64,000 bases of DNA, taken from contig NW_026515696.1 of NCBI RefSeq assembly GCF_025526975.1, forward strand, positions 1 through 64,000. The letters are read 5' to 3'. The notes under the pieces are model-generated. The model had not been told where the DNA came from, ran no database searches, and was given only the letters and a program-made list of their open reading frames with translations. A program made the position numbers and the translations under genes. This document shows positions 35,661-49,900 of this stretch, piece by piece. Source of the DNA: Fimicolochytrium jonesii (Eukaryota). Each line of letters begins with the position of its first letter. The stretch's first letter is position 1.

Positions 35661-36172
35661 TAGGGGCGGCAGATGGTGAGGTTAACCGTGGTCAAGCCAT
35701 GGCGCGGTCTGACTAGGCTACGGTTTGGCTAGCAAAGTAGCAAACCATCAGTTGACTTGGCTACAAAGTGGCAAGTCATGGCTTGATCACCGGTTAACCG
35801 GTTAACCAAGATTACTGCGATGACTGCGATGATTTGGCAGGGTTAGGGTTAGGGTTAGGCTTGGGGTTAGGGTTAGGCAGGGTTAGGGTTAGGCAGGGTT
35901 AGGGTTAGAACATTCCCTTCTAAGGGTCAGGGTTGGGGTTAGGGTTAGGGTTAGGGTTAGGGTTAGGGTTAGGACATTCCCTTCTAAGCCCATTGTATAT
36001 GAATGTGTCAAAAGACACTGTCACATTATTATGTAAGCTTACCCGTGGTTAACCAACGGCTAGCTGGGCTGGGCATGACTTGGTTTGATCACCACCCTCT
36101 TGACCACCTGGTGGTCTGGCTACGGTGTCTAGTCAAGCCAAGTCAAACCAAGTCAAGCCATTGCCGCCCCTA
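35661..36172. mobile_element. Non-autonomous hAT-type MITE (512 bp) carrying telomeric repeats
   Basis: 11-bp TIR TAGGGGCGGCA/TGCCGCCCCTA; 8-bp TSD ATAGAAAG at 35653-35660 and 36173-36180; subterminal TCAAGCCA and GGTTAACC repeats. Confidence 0.88.
35839..35973 (+). repeat. (TTAGGG)n tracts, opposite in orientation to all other tracts; ACATTCCCTTCTAAG occurs within and just after them
   Basis: Read directly. Confidence 0.95.
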
Positions 36173-36462
36173 ATAGAAAGTTGTACTGTACGGTATCGCT
36201 ACTATTGACAGACATAGGACGGACTTCAACCAGGGCGCTGCACTACTCTACTCTGTATAGGTGGTCAGTATTCGTTGCCTTCGCCATCCCTCCTCGACAC
36301 ACCGGGAGAGAACAGTAGCCTACGGTAGCTGGCAAAAGGTATGTGTGTGTGTCTCGGTTGCGTGTGTGCGGAAGAGGCACTGCACCCAGGTGAACCTTGA
36401 CCGACGACTATAGCAGCATCTGACACCTTCGCAATTCACTTCGGAAAGGTCTCAACTCTGCC

Positions 36463-38714
36463 ATGCCGCTCCCGTCATTCGAGCCGCCAGACGACTTCGG
36501 TCAGACGCCGGACGCTGACGGCCAGTACTATCTCGATCCCATACCAAAAGCCATGAGCCAGGGGAAATACTTGTACGAACGAGTCGGAGCTGCATTCCAT
36601 TCCCCTCCCGAAGTGTCCCGACTAACAGGTCTATATTGACTCCTCTCAACAGCCTCCCCTTCCGCTTGTCCGAACGTCAAGTCCTCTACAACTGGATTGG
36701 CATGACCCTCTGCATTTTCGCTTTCATCTTCGGCGTCTTCACCCTCTGGATCGCACGGCGAGTGCCCGTCTCCCCCGCAAAACTGTTCGGCCTCAGCATA
36801 CTCTGGATGGACATTATCTCGGTCGGGTACGCCCTCTTTGGCCGGCACGTCGGCGCCGCAATCCTGGGTCACCATGTCGGCGGGTTCGGCGCGTGCCAGG
36901 TGCAGGGCTTCATCGACGGTCTGTGGGGCATCGTCGCCCAGTTCTCGATGGTCGCATTCACCGCTGAACGATATATCACCATCAACCTGCAAAAGGACGT
37001 CACCATGCTGCACGCGCGATGGATCCTGTGTGCCATCTTCGGCCTCGGGTTCCTGTGTACGTCCTTTTCGTTCATGATGCAGTCGTGGGCGACGGTCATG
37101 CCCAGCGGCGTCTGGTGCCTGCCCTCCATGGCCTCGGGAGATTGGCGCGGCGCGTCGATCGCGTTAACCGCCCTCGCCTCGTTTGCGACGGCCATGATTG
37201 GCGTGCTGTGGATGTATGTTCAAATCTACCAGAAGTTCCGCAAGGTGCAGTATGCGGCGGTCGATATGGTCGAGTCGAATTTCAATAAGTTTGGGGGACC
37301 CGCGTTCGATGGTGCCGGGGCCGATGGGGATGCGCTTGGGTTCGGATTTGGGGAGCCGACTGCCGCAACGGAGGCGTATACGCATCTGGATGGGGCTTAT
37401 CTGCCGAAGAGTGAAGGGTTGCGGAATGGGTGCCTTGGGAATAACGACGACCTCGAGCTGGAGGACGCTAGGCCGCCGCCGCGGAAACCGAGGATAGATC
37501 GGACGCGGGAGCACGACGATGATGATGAGGATGATGAGATGGTCGATTTTAGTGATGACGATGAGAAGGATGATGATCGTTCGGAAGACGACGACGACGA
37601 CGACAGCGGCTTCGACGACCGGAAACGAGTACATCAAGCCGACGCTGGATCGAATACACCTTCATTATTCACCGCCAACCAGATCCCAACCCCTTCCTCT
37701 CCCGACCACCGCCAAAACCATACCCGCAGCCGCCGCCGCTCCATCCACCGCCAAAAGGGCAACCCCGACGACGTGGAGATCAAAGTCACACCCCCGCCAC
37801 GGACGGTCATCACACCTTCCATCGATGTGGATGGGTTACCCGCGCCAGTCACCGTGCGCTCGCCTACATCCCCTGGGCGACCCAACGGCCCCGCAAGTCC
37901 CCTTCCGAATTTCCTCGGCGACCTCTCCACATCCTTCACCAACGGGAAGTCATTGATGGAAGGCTCCCGAAACGCGACAACCGCCCCAACGGCGAAATAC
38001 CCCCCGCCAGCCTACACATCCCCTCTCAATTCGCGGCACACACCCACTTCCCCACCACCCCCACCACACAACAGCCGCGCCACCTCAGTCTCCCCCATCA
38101 CAACCCTCCTCTCAACCGGCCCCTTCGCACGCTCCCTCCACTCCCTCCTCCCCTCCAAACGCACCTCGGGGGGATCCCCCCAAAACAAAGTCGGCCCAAA
38201 GGCAACATCAGCAGGCTCCCTCCCGCTCCCTTCCCCAACAAGCCCTTCATCCTCTCTCTCCAAACCATCCCAAACAACCTCCGCCCCAGCCCACGCCTCC
38301 CCGTTCCCTTCCTCCCCACCCCCCAACTCCCGCCCCACCCGCTCCGCCGCCCGCCTCTTCACAACCCTCACCACCCGCCGCACCCCGACCCCCTCCAACA
38401 ATTTCGCCCATCGCCAAAAACGCCTCCTCGAAACCCAAGCAGCCACCCTCTCCTACGCCCTCGCCAAGCAAGCCTTCATCATCGTCGTCTCCTACTACCT
38501 CTGCATCCTCCCACTCTTCCTCTCCATCGGGTACAACCTCGTCACGTTCGAGCCCGTGCCCGTGTGGGTCGACAGCATCAGCTACTTTGGCGCCGTCGCG
38601 TACACGCTCCTGAACCCGCTGCTGTTCCTGGGGGGCAATCGCATGTACAGGGGCGCCGCGAGGGAGGAGCTCAGGTGCTGGAGGGAGAGGTGGAGGAAGT
38701 GGGTGGGGAGGTAG
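36463..38714 (+). CDS. Class A (rhodopsin/opsin-like) GPCR with a very long third intracellular loop; intron 36573-36628
   Basis: GACQVQGF (TM3 Cys), AERY, WCLP (ECL2 Cys), YLCILP, LLNPLLF; five TMs, a ~400-aa disordered loop, then two TMs. Confidence 0.85.
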
Positions 38715-39046
38715 GAACTTGTACCACTATCTACTGGGACCCGCTGGTTTTCCCTCTCACACTTCATGCACGCATAGCATATCATCATCATTTTAGCATA
38801 TTACTACATCTTGTACCTAATTCTCTCGGCATCCATTCACATCGTTTAATGCATTTCAAGCTACCCCTAATACAATCCGGTTTCTCTCACATCACATCAC
38901 TCCTTTTCGCCAATTGGGGATATCAAATCACGCAACGCATAGATCACTTGACACATTCTATTCTACATCTACCCTACGCGGTGCATGCCCTGCCCAACAA
39001 ACAGCACTACCAACGGGGGAGTGCTTCATACGAGGGCGTTCCTTTT

Positions 39047-41285
39047 CTACGACCAACACTCCATCTGCACCCTTCCCTCGCTCACCCACTTCCTTACTTC
39101 CTCCTCAGCGTCCGCGGGGGTCATGGAATATTGAGAAGCGACGATGTCGACGAGGGCGGCTGTGACGTCCTTCGGCATCCTATTCGCACTCCTTAAAAAA
39201 AGAACCCCCACATCAACACCCTCAAAAAAACACGTAGACAATGAAACCGCTTGTTTATGAAGTGTGACTCACCCACTGACCAAAACCCACCCGCCCTTCC
39301 TCATCGTCTCGCCAACCCCCGCCTCGTGCTCCCGCATCCGGTCCTGCACATATATCTTCGTGTCCTGGTCGCGCGACCACGCGGTCAGGAGCTTCATCCC
39401 CGCGCGCTCCAAGTGTTCCCACTCGGGTTGGTATAAAAAGTCAGCGTGGCGGTTGCGGTTGCCAAAGACGAGGGTGTCGAGGTGTGCGCGGTTGGCGTGG
39501 GCGCGGTGTTGGATGAGGGAGCGCAGGGGGGCGACCCCGGTCCCCGGTCCGACAAAGATCACCGGTGTGGTGGGATCCCGCGGTAATCTCAACGAGCCGC
39601 GTTTGATCTCAAAGCGCACGGGCGACGGCGGTGTGAGGTGGGCGAGGTAGGCCGTGCACACGCCCGTTCGCTGTTTCTGGAGCTTGGTTCTGTACCCGAC
39701 GATCGCGACGCAGAGGTGGATCGTGTGCGGATGCACCGCGGGCGAGGATGCGATCGAGAAGGAGCGTGGGCGGAGCGGGGGGATCAGGTCCAGGAGGTAT
39801 TTTAGAGGAACGGTGGCCGAGGTGAAATCCTGGAGGATCTCCCACATCGTTCGACGCGGTTTCGTGACGTAGGAGAACAACTCCGATGCACCTTCCGGTG
39901 TTGTGAATTCTCGCAGTTTCGCGGCGTGGAGCGGGTCGGTGGTGAAGAATGCGAGGAGGTGGAAGAAGAATTTGCGGGGGCGACCGAGGATATCTAGATG
40001 ACATGTTAATAGATTCCGTAGTGTCAGGGGGGTGGGTAGGTGGGCCGGAAGAGATATATGATCCGCGGTGGGGTGGAGTGTGAAGACCTTATCGGCGATG
40101 GATGTCCAGTTGAAGTGGTCGAGGACCAATGCGACTTCGGTGGGAAGGTTTTGGGGGTGGATGAGCATGACGTCGGCGGGGTTGTAGGTTGTGGAGGGGG
40201 GGAGGGCGAATTCGAGGTGGCGGACGTCTTGTGGGTGGGTGGGGGCGGTGAGGCGCGTGTTGGTTGTGAGGTGGGCGGTGAGGCGGGTGGGGCGGCGGTG
40301 GTGGGGTTCTCTCACTTCTGTGTGCCCGTTCGTTGATGTCGAAGGAGACGCTGTCGCATCCCCCGCATCCACCGCATTCGTGGCTGTCGGCTCGTCTTCA
40401 AGGAACCGAATCTCGAAACTCGGCTCCGGGATCGTTTCCGCGCTCACTATCTCCTTCCCCTTGGGTATCGGCCACTTTGCCAAGACCTTCTCCCAAAACC
40501 CCTCCAACCACGGGTCCAATCCACCTTCATACCCCATGTAGTGCTGATCATCGCCGTCGCCTCGCGGCAACAGCATCTGGGCGCCCAACTGCGCTAAGCG
40601 TTTGTACAACTTCTTGGCGGGGAAGTTGAATTTGGCGTAGGAGGAGTCGCCGAGGCCAAACACTGCTGCGTGCATGTGGGAAAGAATGTCGGCCGGGTGG
40701 GTTTTGCGGAGGAGGAACTTCCAGAATTTGGTCATTGGGGCGGGTTCTTCGCCTTGGCCGGTTGTGGAGCAGATGAAGACGACGAGGGGTTCGTTGATTA
40801 GCTGCGACTGTGGAGTAACATGGAGGGTTGAGTCAGTCACTGTTCAAGATCGTATCGCATCTGGATGGGGCAAGGTATCGCCCGCGGGTCCATCAAACAT
40901 ACATTGCGACGCAGCCCCTGCATGACTACCAAGCGAACGTTGGATGGTTGGGCCGCAACAAGGAATATGGGGTTGGTCTGACTAAGACCGCCCGTTCGCT
41001 GTGGCTCATTTTCGCTGCTCGCTGTCCCTCGCCGAAGCATTCGCTCGTCGCATCCATCGCCGCCTGCCCGCCCCTTCCTCCTCCTCCTCCTCCTCGTTCC
41101 CCTCCCCCCCTCTCACCAAAACTCACCCGATCATACTCATCCATTCCCAAAACCCGCACATCAAACCACCTCCGCTTCGCCTCCCTTGCAAGTTGCTCCG
41201 CAACGTCCTGGGCGGTGCCTGTCTCTGTTGCGTAGAGGATTAGGAGAGGGCGTTGGGGTGGGGTTGCGGTTGTTGTTGACGACAT
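39047..41285 (-). CDS. TAH18: NADPH-dependent diflavin oxidoreductase 1 (alternative ATG at 41397)
   Basis: ILYATETGTAQDVA, CSTTGQG, FGLGDSSYAKFNF, RSFSIAS, GPGTGVAP, C-terminal ECWS. Confidence 0.93.
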
Positions 41286-41854
41286 TTGTGCTTCCGGGGC
41301 TGAGGGAGGGGACGGAGGGGAGGGGGCTGAGGATAGGAGGTGTTGAGAGGCGGAATGCGGGTGCTGCTGTTGGTGGTCCTGTTCGTCGTTTGTCATGGCG
41401 CAGTGCTGTGCCGAGTGATCTCTTCTGTGGAGGAGTGTACAGTAATAGCCGTGAGCGCTGAGAGGAACGCGCAGGCTCTTTTTGTCTCGTTTAGTCGCAC
41501 TCCCTCCTCGTTCAGCACCCCCCCTCGGCAGCTGCAAACACCCAACGGGCACCCTGCAAACAACTCGCCGACGAAGGACCGACACTCGTGCTTCATGTCG
41601 CTCCCCGCCCATCATAGTGAAGTTCATGGCCAGCAGGAGTGTGTGGTGTGGCAACTGCAAGCCGTCCCTGATATGATAACGCCTTGAGGGGGGGATGTCC
41701 CACTCCGCGCGTGTCCGATCTCTCTTAGAACACCCCTCTTTCCAGAACGGCTTTTTTCCCCGCTCAGCGTCCCTTCTCAACCTACTCCATACGCTCTCTC
41801 ACAGTCGCACTGCTCCCTCTCTCCAGCGTCCCATAGTCTCTCTCCAGTCCCAAC

Positions 41855-44738
41855 ATGGTAGAGCTAACACTCTCAGGAGTCAGTAAGTATACCCTCCCAC
41901 CGTCATATCCATCCCACCGCATGAAACACCTAACCCCATTATCCCCACCTACAGGCCGAGGCCCAGGCAAATTCGGTCCTGCGCCCAAAGTCAAACCGAG
42001 GCCAGGGAGGCCACGGCCTGGTTCTGCAGCTGCAGCTGCTGGAGGGGGTTCGCAGCCGACGCTAAATGCAGCAACAACAACGGTCACGCCGACTCCTACA
42101 CCTACACCTACACCTACGCCTGCGCCTACGCCTACGAATGCGAATACGAATACGCCGGCAGCGACGGCGGTGGGAGCTACGCCTGTCGAAACCGCGGAAG
42201 TGGGTGTGCCACAACAACCGGCAACGCAGATACAGGCGCAGGGGACGCAGGAACCGCAGGTGGAATCGCGGGATGATGAGGCAGTAGGGGTGGTGGTGGA
42301 GCCTAGGCGGACGGTTGCTGGGGTTGGGACTGGGATAGGGGTAGGCGCTGGACGAGCAGGGGCGGTGGTTGTGAATGCGACGAATGCAGTAGCCGTAGAG
42401 GTCGCAGGATCGGGTATACCGGAGAAAACACCACTACCCACAATAACCGCTGCGCCAGCCATCCCGACACCTCCATCCACGGCACCAGCAACAACAGCAC
42501 CACCATCAAAACCAACACTCCCCGCACCCATCCTAAAAGACGTACTCCTCCAAAAAGAACAAACACCCACCGGCGGTGTAGCACTGGTCGTCGCCACCAT
42601 GCAGGACACGGATGTGTTGGATGATGAGGAGCATGTGTCGATTAATGCGAGTGAGGGTCGGCCCAGGAAGGGTGTGCCACCTAAGGTGTGTTTTGCGTAT
42701 TTCGCGTGGAATGCCATATGGCGGCGAGGGAAGGGCGAGGGAGGGGCTGGGTTGCTTGAGCCAGGCGAGCGAAGCGAGCTTCATTGCGCCAAAGGCGCCA
42801 TATTCCCTTCACCGATACCGTCCGACTTCCTTGTCGCGAGCGGAAGCGAGCAGGATATTCTTTCAACCATCCGCCCCAAGCAAACTCGGCCTTCGCTTCG
42901 TTCCATTTTTGGTTGACGGCTGATGGATCTCAAACCAACTGGGTCTCATATCTTCCTTCTTTTCCCTCCCCGCAAACTCAGATAGGAGGCATTGTACCGG
43001 GCATTCGCACCCAGGCGATCCTAATACCGGGCCAGAAGACATCCTTACCAGCCGACAAGCCGCAAGAGACCGACAGAGCATTGCCCATCGCGACACCCCA
43101 TACCAGCTCATCTCTATCGGTATGTTCGGGACCTGGGATTCGAAGATACACAATTCGTGATGCTAACAGCCCTATCATGGTACCCAGATCCCACCCCCCT
43201 CAACCCCAATGATAACCCGCGCCCGCTCCGGCTCCCGCGCCTCCTTCATCCCCACCGTCATCAGCTCCGCCGCGCCCCTTTCTCCCACCCACGAAGAACA
43301 CTCCCCTTCCTCCCCCACCGCCGACCCGGACTTTACCCCCGCCGACGACGTCCCTGAGATCCTCGACGAAACAACCCTCCCAAAAATAACCCTCTCCGCC
43401 CTCATCAAGCACAAATTCCCCTCCGGCAAACTCTCCCGCCTCGAAGAGCTCCGCCGCGAACAAAAACGCGAGGCCCGTACCCGCTCCTCATCCCCTGCTG
43501 CCTCCTCCGTCCGCTCCCGCTCCGCTTCTCCCGCCCCCTCAGAGCCTGAACAACAACCCGTCAGAAGAGCGGGACCGCAATTGAAACTCGGCGCAGACGG
43601 CCGCTACGTCGTCGACACGGAGACGTTAGTCGTGCAGAACAAAGTCCTGGATGAAAGCGAGTTGGAGACGGTGGACGAAGGCGTGATGCGCCACGTCACG
43701 AGCGCCAGTTTCCGACGCAAGGATCGGATGGGGAGAGTCAAATGGACGGGGGAACGCACCGAGGTGTTTTATCAGGTTCGTTTTGGGGGTATCACACTGG
43801 GGTATATATATCCACATGCGTTGACTGATAATGGGGGGTTTTTTGGTGGACGGTTGTAGGGCCTGAGTTACTTTGGCACGGATTTTGGAATGATCTCCCT
43901 GTTGTTGCCGGACCTGACCCGCGCGCAGATCAAAGCCAAATACAACGCCGAGGAACGCACCAACGCCCGGAAACTCTCTGCCGCCATCCTCCGGCGTCGA
44001 AATCTACGTACGGTTTCCAAAAATCCTCAATATGCTTTGTGGTTGTTTGTTTTTGGGGGTGTGTGGGATGACGGGGGTTATTGATTGTGTGTTATTTTTG
44101 TTTTGACAGCGGAGGACGTCGCGGAGAAGATGAAGGAGAGTGTCCGAGAGCGAGTGCAGAAACGCAAGATGGCTGCGCGGGCCGCGGGGGAGGACTACGG
44201 CGACGACGACGACGACGAGTCCGCCCCCGGCCCCGAGAGCAAGCGGGTGAAACGCGACGATGCTGACGATGCGGAGGCGGTGGTCAAAGAGAGGTCGCCT
44301 GCCGCTGCTGCAGTTGTTGGGGCGGCGACGATTGTGTTGGAGGACGAGGAGGATGCGGAGGAGATGCAACGGCCGGTGCCGCAGGCGGCGAGGAAATTCG
44401 TGCCCCCCGTCGAGGAACCGGACGTCGGCGCACCCTTGGCGGTCGATATCCCGCTCGAGTTATCGGTGCCGCGGCCGAGTAGGGCCGTGATCCCCGGGGC
44501 GGGTGGAGTGAAGCCGAGGATGGGTGGACCGCGGGTGGTGCCGCGACGCCGAGGGGAAGGTGGGGGAGGCGAAGGTGCTGCTGCGAGTGGGAATGCAAAT
44601 GCAGGGACGAGCGCGAATACAACGCCGTCGACGCCAGCGCCAGCACAGACGGAACCGACGGGGATCCCCATCGTCGCGCCGCCCAAAGTATCGGCGCGCG
44701 TACGCGCCATCCCAACCATCGGTGTAGCGCGGAAGTAG
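41855..44738 (+). CDS. BDP1: TFIIIB subunit B'' (Bdp1), multi-exon
   Basis: VTSASF...KWTGERTEVFYQ/GLSYFGTDFGMISLLLP..TRAQIKAKYNAEER SANT domain. Confidence 0.88.
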
Positions 44739-45229
44739 GCAATCATAACCCTGTGTTTTTTTGGGGGGCGGTGGGTATGATGTACACGGCCGAAGAGGGA
44801 GGATACGCAGCGCATCACAGCACGCGTTTCGTTTTTGTTTTTTTGGGAGGCTTGGTGATGAGTTCACGCTCAAAGAGTTTTATATACCCCCTGCGGAGAT
44901 CTTCGCACTCTTTTTTTGTCAATATACATTATACGCATGCAACTAGCTACAAAACGATATGCGGGTGATGTTGATATCACTTCCTTGCGAGATACGTCCC
45001 TGGTCGTATGCACGAAACGGTGCCGGATACAAAGGGTTGCGTTTTCCATCTATATATGCCTAAATGTAAATGTATGTACATTGAACCGTGTTGCTACGTG
45101 TGAATGTGATGGAGCTAGCCTACTCGATGTAAGATGTGGTTCCGCTGATCATTATGGTGCTATGGCGAGGAGACGGGGCAGAGGCGGCAGGCTTCGTAAG
45201 GGGAGTCCGATGCCAAATCCTCTCCTCAT

Positions 45230-46393
45230 CTAATGCCTGATCTCAACCCGGCCCCCGGGCGTCCACTCCTCGATCGCGGTCCTGATATTCCGCCAGTACC
45301 TTAGCCGGGTGGTCGCTTGGGCCGCAGCGTTCAAATCCCGTTTCGCAAACGCCGCTTCAATCTCCCTCAAGGTCGTTTTTATCCGTTCTGGGTTTAAAAA
45401 AAAAAAAGAAAAACAGTATAAATGCGTCAGTTCAGCCCGCACAAACATTCCGATTTGGGTTTTGGGATGTTACCCTCATTCTCCGCTTGGATGCCCCGCA
45501 GCTCGTCCTCCCCGCGCGCCTCCTCGATCTCCTCCCTCGCCTCCATCACCGCCATCAGCACCTCCGGGTCGTCGATCTGCGGCTCGGATCCAGCGGCTTC
45601 GGAGTCGACGGCGATGCCGTGGAGGGACAGGAGGTATTTGGCGCGCGCGAGCGGGTCGCGGAGGGTTTGGTAGGCTTTGTTGATGAAGGTGGATTGTTGG
45701 GCCGCGCAGAGGCGTTCTGTCTGTTGTGTTGTGTGACGATGAGAGAAGCCGTGGGGGTGAGGTGTCAAGCATGTAAATCCCCCACTGGTCTGATGGCCCC
45801 CACGCACATACCTTCGACTTGCCCGCAAACCCATCCGGATGCACGACCCTCTGCAACTCCAGGAACCGTTTCTTCAACCCCGCCTCATCTACATCAAACC
45901 GCCACTTCCTCGCTTCCCTCCCCCCCACCTCGTCCGCCCCCTCCGGGAAGAAAACATCCAAATAGGTCGCATCCGCCCCAATCGGCTGGATCACCATCCG
46001 GTCGTTGGCCGCTTCCGCGGGGCAGAAGATGGACGACGGCGCGAGGGTCGCGTTGCAGTGCCAGCATGTGCGCGGGGCGGACGGGTCGTCGGGGGTCACT
46101 GATGCTGGGTCCGGGGAGCGTGATGGTGATGGATCGCTGCTTTGGGTCCCTGGGGATGATGCGAGACCCCTCGTCGGGATTCTCCTCGCCCCCCCATCCC
46201 CATTCGAATGCGCATTCGACCGTATGTGCAGACTCAGTATCACATCCCTCTGCATCCCCACCCCGCACGCAAACCCCCGGCACCCCGCCACCGTCCCTAG
46301 ACTCCGTGGAGGACATAGCCGGGTTGATATCGGGGTTATCGGCCGTGGTGCGACGAGGCGGATATGGCGGAGGGATGGTGTGAGGCGGTTCAT
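45230..46393 (-). CDS. JAC1: Mitochondrial Fe-S co-chaperone Jac1/Hsc20
   Basis: Arg-rich presequence, CWHC...FCP, LQRVVHPD, INKAYQTLRDPLARAKYLL, RLRYWRNI. Confidence 0.92.
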
Positions 46394-46962
46394 TATGCTT
46401 TTATGAAGGGAATTACAGATGGCGAATATGTGTGTGTCGTGTGGCAAACGCTGTATAGTGCCTGCAAGCTGACCAAGGAGTGTATGCGTAGGTTGCTGTT
46501 GAAGTTCTAATGCTGCTTGAGCGGATGTTGATGTCGGAAAGCTCAAGCCTGGTTTCTTGGTTTCTCCACGCGAAATCACATCACAACTCCCCGTTCCACC
46601 AGAAACGCTTTCTCCACATCCTCCTCTCTGTGGATAAGAATAATATGCAATAAACACAAAATGTACATTATGTATGCAGCGAGAGAGACAGAGATTCCCT
46701 TTCTCCTCCACCTCCACTACCCCGGGAAGCAGAGGGGACACATAAAACCGTGCCTGCTTTGTGGGGAAACGGGAACCGTTCATTCTGAAGCGATCGAAGC
46801 TTCGATCCATAAACCAATCCACTTGCCCGTCACTCCCCGCTGATTGGGGTCTCCATTCCGTTGAGTGAGACATCCTACGCCGACGGAGCGATGCAAAGCG
46901 AGGCATGTGTTCTCCGCTCAGGCCCATCCTCACATTCAACCTCCATCCTCCTTCACCCTCCC

Positions 46963-49900
46963 TCACGTAACAAGCATCCTCGGCGCAATATTCATAGCCA
47001 TCAACTCCTGAAACAGCAGCTTCGCCGCATACGGGATATGCACCTGCGAGATCTCAGTGGTATTCTTGCAGATGCGGCACTCGTACTTGTTGCGCTTCAG
47101 GTCCGCAATCACCATCAGGCCGCACCGGTCGCACACGTGCACGCGGTACGCGTCCGAGGCGTCGAATAACCTCTCCTGTGAAAAAAAAACGTTATCATAG
47201 TCCGTTAATATCAAGTCCCCATCCGATATGTGAAACGACGGTGATGTTCACAGTACCTTAAGGAACTGCGCAGCCCCGTGCGCAATAAAACAATCCCGTT
47301 CCATCTCCCCAAACCTCAACCCGCCATCCCTACTCCGTCCCTCCACCGGCTGCCGCGTCAAGATCTGCACCGGGCCCCTAGCCCTCGAATGGATCTTATC
47401 ATCGACCATATGCTTCAGCCGCTGATAATAAGTCGGCCCGAAATACACCTGCGCCTGCAACTTCTTCCCCGTGTGTCCGTTGTACAGCACCTCGAACCCG
47501 CGTTTCTGGTACCCGTAGTGCTCAAGCGTGTTGGAGATCTGGTCGACGGTCACGTCGGTGAACGGGGTCGCGTCGCCCTCGATGCCCGTCATGGTGGACA
47601 ACTTTGATAAGAGACACTCGACCAAGTGTCCGATGGTCATTCGCGAGGGGATGGCGTGTGGGTTGACGACAATGTCGGGCGCGATGCCTTGGCAGGAGAA
47701 GGGCATGTCTTCCATGCGGTAGGTTATTCCAACCGTTCCTTTTTGTCCGTGGCGGGAGGCGAATTTGTCGCCCATCTGCGGCACACGCACGCTGCGGATG
47801 CGCACTTTGACGAACTTGTACCCGGCCTCGTTGGTCGTCACCATCACCTGGTCCACGATCCCGTTCTCGGTGCTTTTCAGCGGCGTCGACGCGTCGCGCT
47901 TGGTATGCGCCGCGGTCCGCTGCCCCATCTCCGTGCTATCCTCCTTGATCGGCACCGTCTTTCCAATGATAATGTCTTCCCCGCTCACCCTTGTCCCGGG
48001 GGCAATCAGCCCATCGTGCTCAATCTTATGGTACGACCCATGCTTCAACCGTAAACAGTCCTCGCGGTACGGCTTCTCGATGGTCTCGCTCTCAATCAAT
48101 CCAATTTTCTTCTCGGTGTCCATGTAGACGCGGTAGTACATTGAGCGGAACAGGCCGCGGTCGATGGAGGATTGATTCATGATCAGGGAGTCTTCCTGGT
48201 TGTAACCGGAGTAGGTGGCGATGGCGACAATGGCGTTCTGGCCGGCGGGGAGTTCGCGGAAGTGCATGAATTCCATCGCGCGGGTGGTTGCGAGCGGTTT
48301 CTGGGGGTAGAAGAGGATGTTGGCCATCGTGTCCATGCGGACTTGGAAGTTGGTGAGGAAGATGCCCATCGCTTGCTTGCCCATCGCGGACTGGTAACAG
48401 TTACGCGGAGACTGTGATTCACAAAAAAAAAGTCGGGTGAGTCAGATCACCAAATCACCTTGCCAATTTCTCCCCCATTAGAAGGCGAGACACAAAACAC
48501 CCTCGGAAAAAAAGATCGTCCCACACCCACCTGATTATGATCCGGAAACGGAATAATACTCGCACAAATCCCCAAAATCATACTCGGATGAATCTCCGCA
48601 TGCGTAAACCTGCTCGCATACGCCGCTTTGGACCTCAACCTCGCCGTCTTGTCCGTCACTTCCTTCACCCACTCGCTGCCGCGCTTAATCGCGCGGACGC
48701 GCTGCAATTCTTCAATGTCCATTGCAATCATCACGGTTTCTTCTTCTTCGGTGTCGAGGTACTCTACCAGCCCGTTTTCCAGGAGGGAGGGCCAGGTTTG
48801 GGTGGGTTCGACGTCGCCGTCGGGCTGGTGGTGGGGATAATGTTGTCAGCGACTGTCCGGCATTTACCGCCTTCCTCTCATACTTATGTATACTCACATC
48901 CGGCCTGAAAGCCTCCAAAGTCGACTTCTTCAACGCCAACATATCCGTCTTCTCATCCACCACAAACAGCGGCCTACAAATCCTTCCATAGTCTGTTGCA
49001 ACCCTCACTTCCTTATCAACCACATCCCTCACAATCGAAATCTCCACACTGACATCCGCCGCTCGTCTCAATCCTCTCAAAGTATTAACCAGCGCGTCGG
49101 GGTCACGGTGGATACCCAGCCACTGTCCATTCACAAACACTTTTGTTGAACTTGGGATGATTGAGGGCGGGGTGTCTTCGAGAGCTTCCATTCCGAATTC
49201 CGAGAGGAACTGCAGGATGGGGTCCACGGGCTGCCCGACGGTGATGGTTGCCATCAGGGACAGGTTCTTGACGAGCCCGCAGGCTTGGCCCTCGGGCGTT
49301 TCGGCGGGACACACCATGCCCCAGTGTGTGTTGTGCAATTGACGGGGTTTGGCGAGCTTGCCGTCACGCCCGATGGGTGTGTTTAGACGACGCAAGTGGG
49401 AGAGTGTGGATGCGTAGGTGTATCGATTCAACACCTGACTGACGCCTGCTTTGACCGACATGACTTTCTTCTGGTCGCCCCAGTTCCCTGTTGCGAGCGA
49501 GTATTGTAGACCGCGGGTGATGGTGCCGCCCTTGACGGCCATGGAGAGATTGAAGTCGCCGCCGCTGTCGACGACTTTCTTGGTGTAGCGGCTCACGTCC
49601 TGGGTGAGTTTGCGGAACAGCGTGCGGAACAGGCTGCTGAGGAGCGGGCCGGCGAGGTCGAGGCGCTTTTTGCCGAAATGGTCACGGTCGTCGAGTTCGC
49701 GGCGTTCGAGGGCGGCGAGGAGAAGGCGGTGGATCATGTACCCAAAGAAGAAGGCTTTGCGCGTTTGCGTGTGTGGGGTTGTGCTGACGTGGGGCAGCAT
49801 TTCCTTTTGTAAGATGTCCGCTGCGTATCTGGAAGATCATGCTCGGTCAGGAACCATCGCCCAGGCCTTACTTGTGATTCGGATGCAATGCAAAGCCCAT

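Noticed and set aside
45476..46966. 496-aa ORF as one protein
   Set aside because: It is a read-through of the JAC1 first exon into upstream DNA and an intron; the real start is likely 46393.
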